DNA of 64,000 nt, taken from Cenarchaeum sp. GTDB taxonomy: Archaea > Thermoproteota > Nitrososphaeria > Nitrososphaerales > Nitrosopumilaceae. The translations under genes were made by a program, and so were the position numbers. The DNA lies in assembly GCA_965242695.1 (NCBI GenBank), contig CBDESU010000001.1, positions 1,280,001-1,344,000 of the forward strand, given 5' to 3'. This document shows positions 45,845 to 56,919 of this stretch, one piece after another (position 1 is the first letter of the stretch; the number at the start of each line of letters is the position of its first letter). The notes beneath the pieces were generated by a model. It had not been told where the DNA came from, searched no databases, and saw only the letters and a list, made by a program, of their open reading frames with translations.

Positions 45845-46317
45845 GCGGCGGCCGCCTCCTTTACGTCGGCAGTGGCGGCGAACGAATAGCTCAGGCGCCC
45901 GTCCTCACGAAGGCGCAACAGGAGGCGTTCCCGCCGGACGGTCGCCCGGGTCCGGCCTAGGCAGTGCGCGGCCTTCGACGCCAGGCTGACGTCGCCGCAG
46001 GTCTGGCAAACGAACACCCAGCCGCGGCGAGGCCGCACCGATACGGTGGTCGCCGGGTCCGGCCAGAGGTGGTCATGCTCGCGATGCGGGCGGGACTGGC
46101 GGTGGTCGATCGTGCCGGGCGGTGCGAACGACATGCCGCCGGCCCGGAGGCAACATACGCACAGGGGGTCGAGGCTGTGCGCCGTCCACGTGATCGGCCG
46201 CAGTGCCGGCACAGGTACGATCGCTCCATCGTCGAGGACGATCGGATGCGCGAGCCGCCGCGGCTGCCGAACACTACGCGCCGCCGTCCCGTGAGGCACG
46301 GGAGGCAACGCAACCAT
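45841..46317 (-). CDS. Cys/His-rich hypothetical protein (possible zinc binder)
   Basis: 'CVCC', 'CQTCG'. Its stop overlaps the ATG of the zinc-finger gene (ATGA); AT-rich promoter-like tract at ~46380-46445. Confidence 0.5.
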   Translation of the reverse strand: MVALPPVPHGTAARSVRQPRRLAHPIVLDDGAIVPVPALRPITWTAHSLDPLCVCCLRAGGMSFAPPGTIDHRQSRPHREHDHLWPDPATTVSVRPRRGWVFVCQTCGDVSLASKAAHCLGRTRATVRRERLLLRLREDGRLSYSFAATADVKEAAAA

Positions 46318-47102
46318 GGCGATCGCTAATGCGGGCGATCAGGTCTCTTCACCGCCGGATCTCAACGGACGGGACTCACATAAGCAATTAACCCGGCAAA
46401 ATTTACGCTTCAAGTGACAACATACTAGGCAAATTATCCCATCTAGTGCGATCATGGTAGCCAAGATATGCACGGTGCGGGCAGGAGGCGGCATGGTTCT
46501 GCATGGCGGCCCGCAGTGCATGGAACGGCTCCCAAGAGGGTATTTGCGGCAACCGAAGGGCACTGCAACCGTGGCGCGCGGGCGGCAGGACAGGGCGCGC
46601 TGCATGGATCGCACCCATGCCGGGCGCCCAACCGCGGTGCAAGCTCCCCCGCGCGGCGGACATTCCCCGCCCGCGCCCTTGACGAGCCCCTGCGCGCCGT
46701 CTGGCGCCCTCTTCCCTCCCCACCGCCATGCAGGGCGCGCGCCCGGATCGGGCAGCCATTGGCATGCTCGTCCAGCACAGATGTGCGCTTACCCGCCCCG
46801 CGCCCGCGCATGCCCGCCATGTGCACCGTCCACCGCAAGCCAGGTTCCCGCGATAGCCCGCCGCGGCGACGGATCGAGAGAGGATCCTGGCAGGCATGCA
46901 GCGCGCTCGGGCGCCGCATCCCCGGGCCTAGAGGGCCTAGGCGTGCGCATGCGGGTGGAATAGGGTGGGGGGCGGGGTGCGCGAGATCTGACGGTTCGGC
47001 GGCATCGCAGGGCGCGGGCCTCGCTGCGTCCCACACCCCTCCCGCCCCGCGCCTCCCGGCAGCGCATCGCAAACGCAGAGCCCACAGTAGCAGCCGGCGG
47101 GC

Positions 47103-47711
47103 CTACAAATTGCTGTAGTCGACCACGCGGACTCTGAACACCCGGTAGATCTCATCGGCAAAGTCCACAAAGTCGTGGTCGGACGTGACAAGCCAGACCT
47201 CGCCCCTCTACTCGGCCAGGGCCGCGGCCGTCGAGAGTATCACAAAGTCAGCCCTGTGCGTATCCGGCGAGGGGTAATCCGCCGCGTCCCCGTGTCGCTT
47301 CTTGACGCGCCGCCGCCGGGCCACCGCGTAGGCCATCTTCGGGTCGTTCGATATGTCAGTGTACATGCGGCCGACCGTCCCCAAGTACTTTGGGGTGTTG
47401 CGAATTCCAAAGCGGACGCGCAGCGGGTCGAATGCATCCAGCGCGGCCTGCACCGTCTCGTCGTCCGCGCCGGCGGGCGAGCCGGCGCGCCTGGCCACCG
47501 AGTCGAATGCCTTTTTCGCGGTTTTGTGCATCTCGTCTGCAACCATGTCTGGTATCTTGAGATCCCCCGACTTTATCGCCCTGTTCACCATGCCGACGAT
47601 CGCTTCCCTCCCGCGCCGCTGCACCCTGACGGGCGGCCCGCCCTCCTCCGGCGCGACCTCAAAGTCCATAGAGTAGGCAAGGCAGGCGTTCGTATCCAAG
47701 ACGAGGATCAA
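47103..47711 (-). pseudogene. PIN-domain protein, unit 1, with an in-frame TAG
   Basis: Same 609-nt span as the sister copies. CAG>TAG at 47208-47210 removes 'WLVTSDHDF'. Confidence 0.85.
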
Positions 47712-49111
47712 GACTCTCTTATCACCTTGATCATGTCACGGGTCGTCTCCTCGATCTCTTCGGGCGTGAGCATCCTGGCCGTCGGCATCCCCCCCTTCCG
47801 CGGCCTGGCTATCCCCCTGTCCCCGCAGTACCTGACCAGCAGCGCGTACAGGTCCTGCATGTCGGGGTAGGGTGGGCCATACGCGGCCGTCCGCGGGTGC
47901 GGACGCTGGTCGAACGCGACGTATGCGCACAGCCCCAGTACGTCCCCGCCTAGGGCGGCGGCGACGTCCCACTGCCCGTCGGGCGCCTCGCTGGCCTGCG
48001 AGAGCATGTGGGGCACTTTCACGGCCACGGATTCCAGCGTGAGCGCATGCTCCTCGCCAAACGTAATCCTGTTCCGGATCGCGCTCATTATGCGGTCCGC
48101 CGTCCCGCGCAGCGCGGCGAGCTCGTCGTCGCGGCCGGGCCGCTCGCGGCGCGGCCGGGCCGGCGCGCTGCAGGCCTCTTCCAGCGCGGCATGCGCGCCG
48201 ATGCCGGCCACGCGGCGCGCCGATGCTGCGATGCGCGCCGCCGCGTCGCCGCCGAGCCGCCCGCCGAGCCTGCCGATCATGTCGATCCCGCGGTCCGTAA
48301 GATCATAGTAGTACGGCGGCTCGCCGTCGCCGCGGTACGACGGGATGACATCCTCGACGACCAGGTGGTGGAACCTCGACATGTCGGCGGCGAGCCCCGC
48401 GCAGCCTGGCAGGCGCGACCCCGACGGGGGATACAGGTCCAGCCCGCACTCGGACTGCGCGAGCAGCGATGCCGCCGAGAGCTCGGCCCTCGAGCGGACG
48501 AACCCGGCCGCCGAGATTACGGACATTGGAATGACCAGGCGGAGCGGAACCAGGGCGGGATCAAGCTGGCGCGGGTCCGGGTGCATTCCGGCCTCGAAGG
48601 CCCTGCGGCATTCTGGAAGGTGCCTGCTTGCGAGTGCGAGCTCCGCGTCCGACTCTTCGCGGCGGCCCAGGTGCTCTAGCACCCTTGCCATGTCGAGGTG
48701 GGCGTTCGGGTTCCACGGCAGCTCGCATGCCATGTCGCGGTACAGCGGCTCTGCCTCCGCGTACCTGCCGAGGCGCTCGAGCATGCGCGCGCGGTTGTCG
48801 GCAACGCGCGTCCCGATCTCGTTGCGCGGGGGCGGGCCGGGCAGGAGCTCTTTGAGTGCCCTGCGGTACCCGCCGAGCTCGATGCCGCCCCGTATGCCCA
48901 GCCGGTCGTGCCTAGGGTCGTAGTCGGACAGTATGGTATGGATGGTCGTCTTGAGGGGAACGGACATGTACTCGTCGATCAGGTCGGGGTCGATCTTGTA
49001 GGGCGCATCCCTGACCGCCTGCTCCTGCTCCTGCCCCTGCCTGGACGGGGCGGCAACGGCTCCCCCGCCGCCCGGCCCCGGCCTGCGCTCCTGCTCGGCC
49101 TCTTGCGCCAA
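47708..49111 (-). CDS. TPR + winged-helix protein, unit 1
   Basis: TTG start, TPR-like 'RARMLERLGRYAEAEPLYR', 'YYYDLTDRG'. Confidence 0.8.
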   Translation of the reverse strand: MAQEAEQERRPGPGGGGAVAAPSRQGQEQEQAVRDAPYKIDPDLIDEYMSVPLKTTIHTILSDYDPRHDRLGIRGGIELGGYRRALKELLPGPPPRNEIGTRVADNRARMLERLGRYAEAEPLYRDMACELPWNPNAHLDMARVLEHLGRREESDAELALASRHLPECRRAFEAGMHPDPRQLDPALVPLRLVIPMSVISAAGFVRSRAELSAASLLAQSECGLDLYPPSGSRLPGCAGLAADMSRFHHLVVEDVIPSYRGDGEPPYYYDLTDRGIDMIGRLGGRLGGDAAARIAASARRVAGIGAHAALEEACSAPARPRRERPGRDDELAALRGTADRIMSAIRNRITFGEEHALTLESVAVKVPHMLSQASEAPDGQWDVAAALGGDVLGLCAYVAFDQRPHPRTAAYGPPYPDMQDLYALLVRYCGDRGIARPRKGGMPTARMLTPEEIEETTRDMIKVIRES

Positions 49112-49401
49112 CGCGGCGCGGCCGGGCGGGCCGCGTTTATGCCTTTTGGCACGCCGCGGCGGCGGATCGGGGGCGGATCCCGGCAGGGGTCCCGCATGTT
49201 TTGGCGCCGCATCCCCGAGCCGCCACCTAGAAGCCCGAAGTGCGTGCGGCTAGAAGGGCCGTGCAGTTGCACGGGAACCGGCGGTTCGGCGGCATCGGCG
49301 GGGCGCGGGGCCTAATCGCTTCCTACCCCCCTCCCGCCCGCCCGCGCGCGTCCGGCCGGACATCGCGGGTGCGCGCGAGCCCGCGCCGGCCGCCGGCGGG
49401 C

Positions 49402-50010
49402 CTACAGGTTGCTGTAGTCGACCACGCGGACTCTGAACACCCTGTAGATCTCATCGGCAAAGTCCACAAAGTCGTGGTCGGACGTGACAAGCCAGACCTC
49501 GTCCCCCTGCTCGGCCAGGGCTGCCGCAGTCGAGAGTATCACAAAGTCCGCCCCGTGCGTCTCCTGCGAGGGACAATCCGCCGCGTCCCCGTGTCGCTTC
49601 TTGACGCGCCGCCGCCGGGCCGCTGCGTAGGCCATCTTCGGGTCGTTCGATATGTCGACGTACATGTTGCCGACCGCATCCACGTGCGCATCTTCGTTGC
49701 GAACGCCAAAGCGGACGCGCAGCGGGTCGAATGCATCCAGCGCGGCCTGCACCGTCTTGCGGTCCACGCCGGCGGGCGAGCCGGCGCGCCGTGCCGCCGA
49801 GTCGAACGCCCTTTTCATGCTGTCGTGCACCTCGTCTGCAACCACGTCTGGTATCTTGAGATCCCCCGACTTTATCGCCCTGTTCACCATGCCGACGATC
49901 GCTTCTCTCCCGCGCCGCTGCACCCTGACGGGCGGCCCGCCCTCCTCCGGCGTGACCTCAAAGTCCATAGTGCAGGTAATCCAGGCGTTCGTATCAGGGA
50001 CGAGGATCAA
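49402..50010 (-). CDS. PIN-domain protein, unit 2
   Basis: 'ILVPDTNA', 'VADEV', 'ADFVIL', 'LVTSDHDF'. TTGA coupling to the upstream gene. Confidence 0.85.
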   Translation of the reverse strand: MILVPDTNAWITCTMDFEVTPEEGGPPVRVQRRGREAIVGMVNRAIKSGDLKIPDVVADEVHDSMKRAFDSAARRAGSPAGVDRKTVQAALDAFDPLRVRFGVRNEDAHVDAVGNMYVDISNDPKMAYAAARRRRVKKRHGDAADCPSQETHGADFVILSTAAALAEQGDEVWLVTSDHDFVDFADEIYRVFRVRVVDYSNL

Positions 50011-51410
50011 GACTCTCTTATCACCTTGATCATGTCCCGGGTCGTCTCTTCGATCTCTTCGGGCGTGAGCATCCTGCAGGTCGGCATCCCTTCCTCCCGG
50101 GGCCTGGCTATCCCCCTGTCCCCGCAGTACCTGACCAGCAGCGCGTGCAGGTCCTGCATGTCGGGGTACGGGGGGCCATGCGCGGCCGTCCGCGGGTGCG
50201 GCCGCTGGTCGAACGCGACGTATGCGCAAAGCCCCAGTACGTCCCCGCCCAGGGCGGCGGCGACGTCCCACTGCCCGTCGGGCGCCTCGATGGCCTGCGA
50301 GAGCATGTGGGGCACTTCCACGGCAGAGTATTCCAATGTGAGCGCATGCTCCTCGCCAAACGTAATCCTATTCCGGATCGCGCGCATTATGCGGTCCGCC
50401 GTCCCGCGCAGCGCGGCGAGCTCGTCGTCGCGGCCGGGCCGCTCGCGTCGCGGCCGGGCCGGCGCGTTGCAGGCCTCTTCCAGCGCGGCATGCGCGCCGA
50501 TGCCGGCCACGCGGCGCGCCGATGCAGCGATGCGCGCCGCCGCGTCGCCGCCGAGCCGCCCGCCGAGCCTGTCGATCATCTCGATCCCGCGGTCCGTAAG
50601 ATCGTAGTAGTACGGCGGCTCGTCGTCCGTTCGGTACGACGGGAGGACATCCTCGACGACAAGGTGGTGGAACCTCGACATGTCGGCGGCGAGCCCCGCG
50701 CAGCCGGGCAGGCGCGACGCCGACGGGGGGTACAGGTCCAGCCCGCACTCGGACTGCACGAGCAGCGACGCCGCCGAGAGCTCGGCCCTCGAGCGGACGA
50801 ACCCGGCCGCCGAGATTACGGACATTGGAACGATCAGGCGGAGGGGTACCAGGGCGGGATCCATCTGGGACGGATCCGGCCGCAGTCTGGCCTCGAAGGC
50901 CCTGCGGAAGTATGGAAGGTGTCTGCTTGTGCGGGCCAGCTCCGCCGCAGACTCTTCGCGGCGGCCCAGGTGATCTAGCACCCTTGCCAGGTCGAGGTGT
51001 ACCTCGGAATTGTTATGCACCGCCTCGGCCATGTCGCGGTACAGCGGCTCCGCCTCCGCGTACCTGCCGAGGCGCTCGAGCATGCGCGCGCGGTTGTCGG
51101 CAACGCGCGTCCCGATCTCGTTGCGGGGGGGAGGGCCGGGCAGGAGCTCTTCGAGGGCCCTGCGGTACCCGCCGCGCTCGATGCCGCCCCGTATGCCCAG
51201 CCTGTCGTGCCTCGGGTCGTACCTAGACAGTATGGTATGGATGGTCGTCTTGAGGGGAACGGACATGTACTCGTCGATCAGGTCGGGGTCGATCTTGTAG
51301 GGCGCATCCTTGACCGCCTGCTCCTGCTCCTGCCCCTGCCTAGGCGGGGCGGCATCGGCTCCCCCGCCGCCCGGCCCCGGCCTGCGCTCCTGCTCGGCCT
51401 CTTGCGCCAA
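50007..51410 (-). CDS. TPR + winged-helix protein, unit 2
   Basis: Paralogue of unit 1; TTG at 51410 equivalent to the other starts. Confidence 0.8.
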   Translation of the reverse strand: MAQEAEQERRPGPGGGGADAAPPRQGQEQEQAVKDAPYKIDPDLIDEYMSVPLKTTIHTILSRYDPRHDRLGIRGGIERGGYRRALEELLPGPPPRNEIGTRVADNRARMLERLGRYAEAEPLYRDMAEAVHNNSEVHLDLARVLDHLGRREESAAELARTSRHLPYFRRAFEARLRPDPSQMDPALVPLRLIVPMSVISAAGFVRSRAELSAASLLVQSECGLDLYPPSASRLPGCAGLAADMSRFHHLVVEDVLPSYRTDDEPPYYYDLTDRGIEMIDRLGGRLGGDAAARIAASARRVAGIGAHAALEEACNAPARPRRERPGRDDELAALRGTADRIMRAIRNRITFGEEHALTLEYSAVEVPHMLSQAIEAPDGQWDVAAALGGDVLGLCAYVAFDQRPHPRTAAHGPPYPDMQDLHALLVRYCGDRGIARPREEGMPTCRMLTPEEIEETTRDMIKVIRES

Positions 51411-51704
51411 CGCGGCGCGGCCGGACGGGCCGCGTTTATGCCTTTTGGCCCGCCATGTCGGCGGATCTGGGGCGGATCCCGGCAGGGGTCCCGCATGTTT
51501 TAGCGCCACACCCCCGAGCCTCCACCTAGAAGCCCGAAGTGCGCGCGGCTAGAAGGGCCGTGCAGTTGCACGGGAACCGGCGGTTCGGCGGCATCGGCGG
51601 GGCGCGGGGCATAATTGCCTCCTCTTCCCCTGCCTCCCGCCCGCCCGCGCGCGTCCGGCCGGACATCGCGGGTGCGTGCGAGCCCGCGGTAGCTGCCGGC
51701 GGGC

Positions 51705-52313
51705 CTACAGGTTGCTGTAGTCGACCACGCGGACTCTGAACACCCTGTAGATCTCATCGGCAAAGTCCACAAAGTCGTGGTCGGACGTGACAAGCCAGAC
51801 CTCGTCCCCCTGCTCGGCCAGGGCCGCGGCCGTCGAGAGTATCACAAAGTCCGCCCCGTGCGTCTCCTGCGAGGGGTAATCTGCCGCGTCCCCGTGGCGC
51901 TTCTTGACGCGCCGCCGCCGTGCCGCCGCGTCGGCCATCTTCGGGTCGTTCGATATGTCGACGTGCATGCGGCCGACCGCATCCACGTGCGCCTCTTCGT
52001 CATGAACGCCAAAGCGGGCGTACAGCGGGTCGAATACATCCAGCACGGCCTGCACCGTCTCGTCGTCCACGCCGGCGGGCGAGCCGGCGCGCCTGGCCGC
52101 TGACTTGAACGCCTTTTTCGCGGTTTTGTGCATCTCGTATGCAACCATGTCTGGTATCTTGAGATCCCCCGACTTTATCGCCCTGTTCACCATGCCGACG
52201 ATCGCTTCCCTTCCGCGCCGCTGCACCCTGACGGGCGGCCCGCCCTCCTCCGGCGCGACCTCAAAGTCCATAGTGCAGGCAATCCAGGCGTTCGTATCAG
52301 GGACGAGGATCAA
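51705..52313 (-). CDS. PIN-domain protein, unit 3
   Basis: Same four acidic PIN motifs; TTGA coupling. Confidence 0.85.
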   Translation of the reverse strand: MILVPDTNAWIACTMDFEVAPEEGGPPVRVQRRGREAIVGMVNRAIKSGDLKIPDMVAYEMHKTAKKAFKSAARRAGSPAGVDDETVQAVLDVFDPLYARFGVHDEEAHVDAVGRMHVDISNDPKMADAAARRRRVKKRHGDAADYPSQETHGADFVILSTAAALAEQGDEVWLVTSDHDFVDFADEIYRVFRVRVVDYSNL

Positions 52314-53713
52314 GACTCTCTTATCACCTTGATCATGTCCCGGGTCGTCTCCTCGATCTCTTCGGGCGTGAGCATCCTGGCCGTCGGCATCCCCCCCTTC
52401 CGCGGCCTGGCGATCCCCCTGTCCCCGCAGTACCTGACGAGCAGCGCGTACTGGTCCTGCATGTCGGGGTACGGGGGGCCCTGCGCGGCCGTCCGCGGGT
52501 GCGGCCGCTGGTCGAACGCGACGTATGCGCAAAGCCCCAGTACGTCCCCGCCCAGGGCGGCGGCGACGTCCCACTGCCCGTCGGGCGCCTCGCCGGCCTG
52601 CGATAGCATGTGGGGCACTTTCACGGCCACGGATTCCAGCACGGATGCGTGCTCATCGCCAAACAGGATGCCGTTTCCGATCTCGCGCATTATGCGGTCC
52701 GCCGTCCCGCGCAGCGCGGCGAGCTCGTCGTCGCGGCCGGGCCGCTCGCGTCGCGGCCGGGCCGGCGCGCTGCAGGCCTCTTCCAGCGCGGCATGCGCGC
52801 CGATGCCGGCCACGCGGCGCGCCGATGCTGCGATGCGCGCCGCCGCGTCGCCGCCGAGCCGCCCGCCGAGCCTTCCGATCATCTCGATCCCGAGGTCCGT
52901 TAGATCGTAGTAGTACGGCGGCTCTCCGTCGCCGCGGTACGACGGGAGGACATCCTCGACGACAAGGTGGTGGAACCTCGACATGTCGGCGGCGAGCCCC
53001 GCGCAGCCGGGCAGGCGCGACGCCGACGGGGGGTACAGGTCCAGCCCGCACTCGGACTGCACGAGCAGCGACGCCGCCGAGAGCTCGGCCCTCGAGCGGA
53101 CGAACCCGGCCGCCGAGATTACGGACATTGGGACGATCAGGCGGAGGGGTACCAGGGCGGGATCCATCTGGGACGGATCCGGCCGCAGTCTGGCCTCGAA
53201 GGCCCTGCGGAAGTATGGAAGGTGTCTGCTTGTGCGGGCCAGCTCCGCCGCAGACTCTTCGCGGCGGCCCAGGTGATCTAGCACCCTTGCCAGGTCGAGG
53301 TGGACCTCGGAATTGTTATGCACCGCCTCGGCCAGGTCGCGGTACAGCGGCTCTGCCTCCGCGTACCTGCCGAGGCGCTCGAGCATGCGCGCGCGGTTGT
53401 CGGCAACGCGCGTCCCGATCTCGTTGCGCGGGGGCGGGCCGGGCAGGAGCTCTTCGAGGGCACTGCGGTACCCGCCGAGCTCGATGCCGCTCCGTATGCC
53501 CAGCCGGTCGTGCCTAGGGTCGTAGTCGGACAGTATGCTGTAGAGGGTCATCTTGGTGGGAACGGACATGTACTCGTCGATCAGGTCGGGGTCGATCTTG
53601 TAGGGCGCATCCTTGACCGCCTGCTCCTGCCCCTGCCCCTGCCCGGACGGGGCGGCATCGGCTCCCCCGCCGCCCGGCCCCGGCCTGCGCTCCTGCTCGG
53701 CCTCTTGCGCCAA
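52310..53713 (-). CDS. TPR + winged-helix protein, unit 3
   Basis: Paralogue, 467 aa. Confidence 0.8.
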   Translation of the reverse strand: MAQEAEQERRPGPGGGGADAAPSGQGQGQEQAVKDAPYKIDPDLIDEYMSVPTKMTLYSILSDYDPRHDRLGIRSGIELGGYRSALEELLPGPPPRNEIGTRVADNRARMLERLGRYAEAEPLYRDLAEAVHNNSEVHLDLARVLDHLGRREESAAELARTSRHLPYFRRAFEARLRPDPSQMDPALVPLRLIVPMSVISAAGFVRSRAELSAASLLVQSECGLDLYPPSASRLPGCAGLAADMSRFHHLVVEDVLPSYRGDGEPPYYYDLTDLGIEMIGRLGGRLGGDAAARIAASARRVAGIGAHAALEEACSAPARPRRERPGRDDELAALRGTADRIMREIGNGILFGDEHASVLESVAVKVPHMLSQAGEAPDGQWDVAAALGGDVLGLCAYVAFDQRPHPRTAAQGPPYPDMQDQYALLVRYCGDRGIARPRKGGMPTARMLTPEEIEETTRDMIKVIRES

Positions 53714-54010
53714 CGCGGCGCGGCCGGACGGGCCGCGTTTATGCCTTTTGGCCCGCCGCGGCGGCGGATCGAGATCGGATCCTGGCCGGCATGCCGCGCG
53801 TTTGGACGCCGCATCCCCGAGCCTCCACCCAGAAGCCCGAAGTGCGTGCGGCTAGAAGGGCCGTGCAGTTGCACGGGAACCGGCGGTTCGGCGGCATTGG
53901 CGTGGCGCGGGGCATAATTGCCTCCTCTTCCCCTGCCTCCCGCCCGCCCGCGCGCGTCCAGCCGGACATCGCGGGTGTGGTGAGCGAGCCCGCGGTAGCC
54001 GCCGGCGGGC

Positions 54011-54619
54011 CTACAGGTTGCTGTAGTCGACCACGCAGACTCCGAACACCCGGTGAATCGCATCGGCAAAGTCGACAAAGTCGTGGTCGGACGTGACAAG
54101 CCAGACCTCGCCCCCCTGCTCGGCCAGGGCTGCCGCAGTCGAGAGTATCACAAAGTCCGCCCCGTGCGTCTCCGGCGAGGGGCAATCCGCCGCGTCCCCG
54201 TGTCGCTTCTTGACGCGCCGCCGCCGGGCCGCCGCGTCGGCCATCCGCGGGTCGTTCGATATGTCGACGTACATGTTGCCGACCGCATCCACGTGCGCAT
54301 CTTCGTTGTGAACGCCAAAGAGGGCGTACAGCGGGTCGAATACATCCAGCGCGGCCTGCACCGCCTCGTCGTCCGCGCCGGCGGGCGAGCCGGCGCGCCT
54401 GGCCGCCGAGTCGAATGCCTTTTTCGCGGTTTTGTGCATCTCGTATGCAACCACGTCTAGGATCTTGAGATCCCCCGACTTTATCGCCCTGTTCACCATG
54501 CCGACGATCGCTTCCCTCCCGCGCCGCTGCACCCTGACGGGCGGCCCGCCCTCCTCCGGCGCGACCTCAAAGTCCATAGAGTAGGCAAGGCAGGCGTTCG
54601 TATCCGGGACGAGGATCAA
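54011..54619 (-). CDS. PIN-domain protein, unit 4
   Basis: Same four acidic PIN motifs; TTGA coupling. Confidence 0.85.
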   Translation of the reverse strand: MILVPDTNACLAYSMDFEVAPEEGGPPVRVQRRGREAIVGMVNRAIKSGDLKILDVVAYEMHKTAKKAFDSAARRAGSPAGADDEAVQAALDVFDPLYALFGVHNEDAHVDAVGNMYVDISNDPRMADAAARRRRVKKRHGDAADCPSPETHGADFVILSTAAALAEQGGEVWLVTSDHDFVDFADAIHRVFGVCVVDYSNL

Positions 54620-56013
54620 GACTCTCTTATCACCCTGATCATGTCCCGGGTCGTCTCCTCGATCTCTTCGGGCGTGAGCATCCTGGCCGTCGGCATCCCC
54701 CCCTTCCGCGGCCTGGCTATCCCCCTGTCCCCGCAGTACCTGACCAGCAGCGCGTACAGGTCCTGCATGTCGGGGTACGGGGGGCCCTGCGCGGCCGTCC
54801 GCGGGTGCGGACGCTGGTCGAACGCGACGTATGCGCACAGCCCCAGTACGTCCCCGCCCAGGGCGGCGGCGACGTCCCACTGCCCGTCGGGCGCCTCGCT
54901 GGCCTGCGAGAGCATGTGGGGCACTTTCACGGCCACGGATTCCAGCGTGAGCGCATGCTCCTCGCCAAACGTAATCCTATTCCGGATCGCGCGCATTATG
55001 CGGTCCGCCGTCCCGCGCAGCGCGGCGAGCTCGTCGTCGCGGCCGGGCCGCTCGCGGCGCGGCCGGGCCGGCGCGCTGCAGGCCTCTTCCAGCGCGGCAT
55101 GCGCGCCGATGCCGGCCACGCGGCGCGCCGATGCTGCGATGCGCGCCGCCGCGTCGCCGCCGAGCCGCCCGCCGAGCCTGCCGATCATGTCGATCCCGCG
55201 GTCCGTAAGATCGTAATAGTACGGCGGCTCGCCGTTGCCGCGGTACGACGGGATGACATCCTCGACGACCAGGTGGTGGAACCTCGACATGTCGGCGGCG
55301 AGCCCCGCGCAGCCGGGCAGGCGCGACCCCGACGGAGGATACAGGTCCAGCCCGCACTCGGACTGCGCGAGCAGCGATGCCGCCGAGAGCTCGGCCCTCG
55401 AGCGGACGAACCCGGCCGCCGAGATTACGGACATTGGAACGATCAGGCGGAGGGGGACCAGGGCGGGATCAAGCTGACGCGGGTCCGGCCGCAGTCTGGC
55501 CTCGAAGGCCCTGCGGAAGTATGGAAGGTGTCTGCTTGTGCGGGCCAGCTCCGCCGCAGACTCTTCGCGGCGGCCCAGGTGATCTAGCACCCTTGCCAGG
55601 TCGAGGTGTACCTCGGAATTGTTATGCACCGCCTCGGCCCGGTCGCGGTACAGCGGCTCCGCCTCCGCGTACCTGCCGAGGCGCTCTAGCATGCGCGCGC
55701 GGTTGTCGGCAACGCGCGTTCCGATCGCGTTGCGCGGGGGCGGGCCGGGCAGGAGCTCTTCGAGGGCCCTGCGGTACCCGCCGCGCTCGATGCCGTCTCG
55801 TATGCCCAGCCTGTCGTGCCTCGGGTCGTAGTCGGACAGTATGCTGTGGATGGTCATCTTGGTGGGAACGGACATGTACTCGTCGATCAGGTCGGGGTCG
55901 ATCTTGTAGGGCGCGTCCTTGACCGCCTGCACCTGCTCCTGCCTGGACGGGGCGGCATCGGCTCCCCCGCCGCCCGGCCCCGGCCTGCGCTCCTGCTCGG
56001 CCTCTTGCGCCAA
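54616..56013 (-). CDS. TPR + winged-helix protein, unit 4
   Basis: Paralogue, 465 aa. Confidence 0.8.
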   Translation of the reverse strand: MAQEAEQERRPGPGGGGADAAPSRQEQVQAVKDAPYKIDPDLIDEYMSVPTKMTIHSILSDYDPRHDRLGIRDGIERGGYRRALEELLPGPPPRNAIGTRVADNRARMLERLGRYAEAEPLYRDRAEAVHNNSEVHLDLARVLDHLGRREESAAELARTSRHLPYFRRAFEARLRPDPRQLDPALVPLRLIVPMSVISAAGFVRSRAELSAASLLAQSECGLDLYPPSGSRLPGCAGLAADMSRFHHLVVEDVIPSYRGNGEPPYYYDLTDRGIDMIGRLGGRLGGDAAARIAASARRVAGIGAHAALEEACSAPARPRRERPGRDDELAALRGTADRIMRAIRNRITFGEEHALTLESVAVKVPHMLSQASEAPDGQWDVAAALGGDVLGLCAYVAFDQRPHPRTAAQGPPYPDMQDLYALLVRYCGDRGIARPRKGGMPTARMLTPEEIEETTRDMIRVIRES

Positions 56014-56310
56014 CGCGGCGCGGCCGGGCGGGCCGCGTTTATGCCTTTTGGCCCGCCATGTCGGCGGATCTGGGGCGGATTCCGGCAGGGATGCTGCATG
56101 TTTTGGCGCCGCGGCCCCGAGCCGCCACCCAAAAGCCCGAAGTGCGTGCGGCTAGAAGGGCCGTGCAGGTGCACGGGAACCGGCGGTTCGGCGGCATCGG
56201 CGGGGAGGGGGGCATAATTGCCCCCTCTTCCCCTGCCTACCGCCCGCCCGCGCGCGTCCGGCCGGACATTGCGGGCGTGGCGAGCGAGCCGCGCCGGGCC
56301 GCCGGCGGGC

Positions 56311-56919
56311 CTACAGGTTGCTGTAGTCGACCACGCGGACTCTGAACACCCCGTAGATCTCATCGGCAAAGTCCACAAAGTCGTGGTCGGACGTGACAAG
56401 CCAGACCTCGTCCCCCTGCTCGGCCAGGGCCGCGGCCGTCGAGAGTATCACAAAGTCCGCCCTGTGCGTCTCCGGCGAGGGGTAATCCGCCGCGTCCCCG
56501 TGGCGCTTCTTGACGCGCCGCCGCCGTGCCGCCGCGTCGGCCATCTTCGGGTCGTTCGATATGTCGACGTACATGTGGCCGACCGTCCCCAGGTACTTTG
56601 TGGCGTTGCGAATGCCAAAGTGGACGCGCAGCGGGTCGAATACGTCCAGCGCGGCCTGCACCGCCTCGTCGTCCGCGCCGGCGGGCGAGCCGGCGCGCCT
56701 GGCCGCTGACTTGAACGCCTTTTTCGCGGTTTTGTGCATCTCGTCTGCAACCATGTCTGGTATCTTGAGATCCCCCGACCTTATCGCCCTGTTCACCATG
56801 CCGACGATCGCTTCCCTTCCGCGCCGCTGCACCCTGACGGGCGGCCCGCCCCCCTCCGGCGTGACCTCAAAGTCCATAGTGCAGGCAATCCAGGCGTTCG
56901 TATCAGGGACGAGGATCAA
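56311..56919 (-). CDS. PIN-domain protein, unit 5
   Basis: Same four acidic PIN motifs; TTGA coupling. Confidence 0.85.
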   Translation of the reverse strand: MILVPDTNAWIACTMDFEVTPEGGGPPVRVQRRGREAIVGMVNRAIRSGDLKIPDMVADEMHKTAKKAFKSAARRAGSPAGADDEAVQAALDVFDPLRVHFGIRNATKYLGTVGHMYVDISNDPKMADAAARRRRVKKRHGDAADYPSPETHRADFVILSTAAALAEQGDEVWLVTSDHDFVDFADEIYGVFRVRVVDYSNL

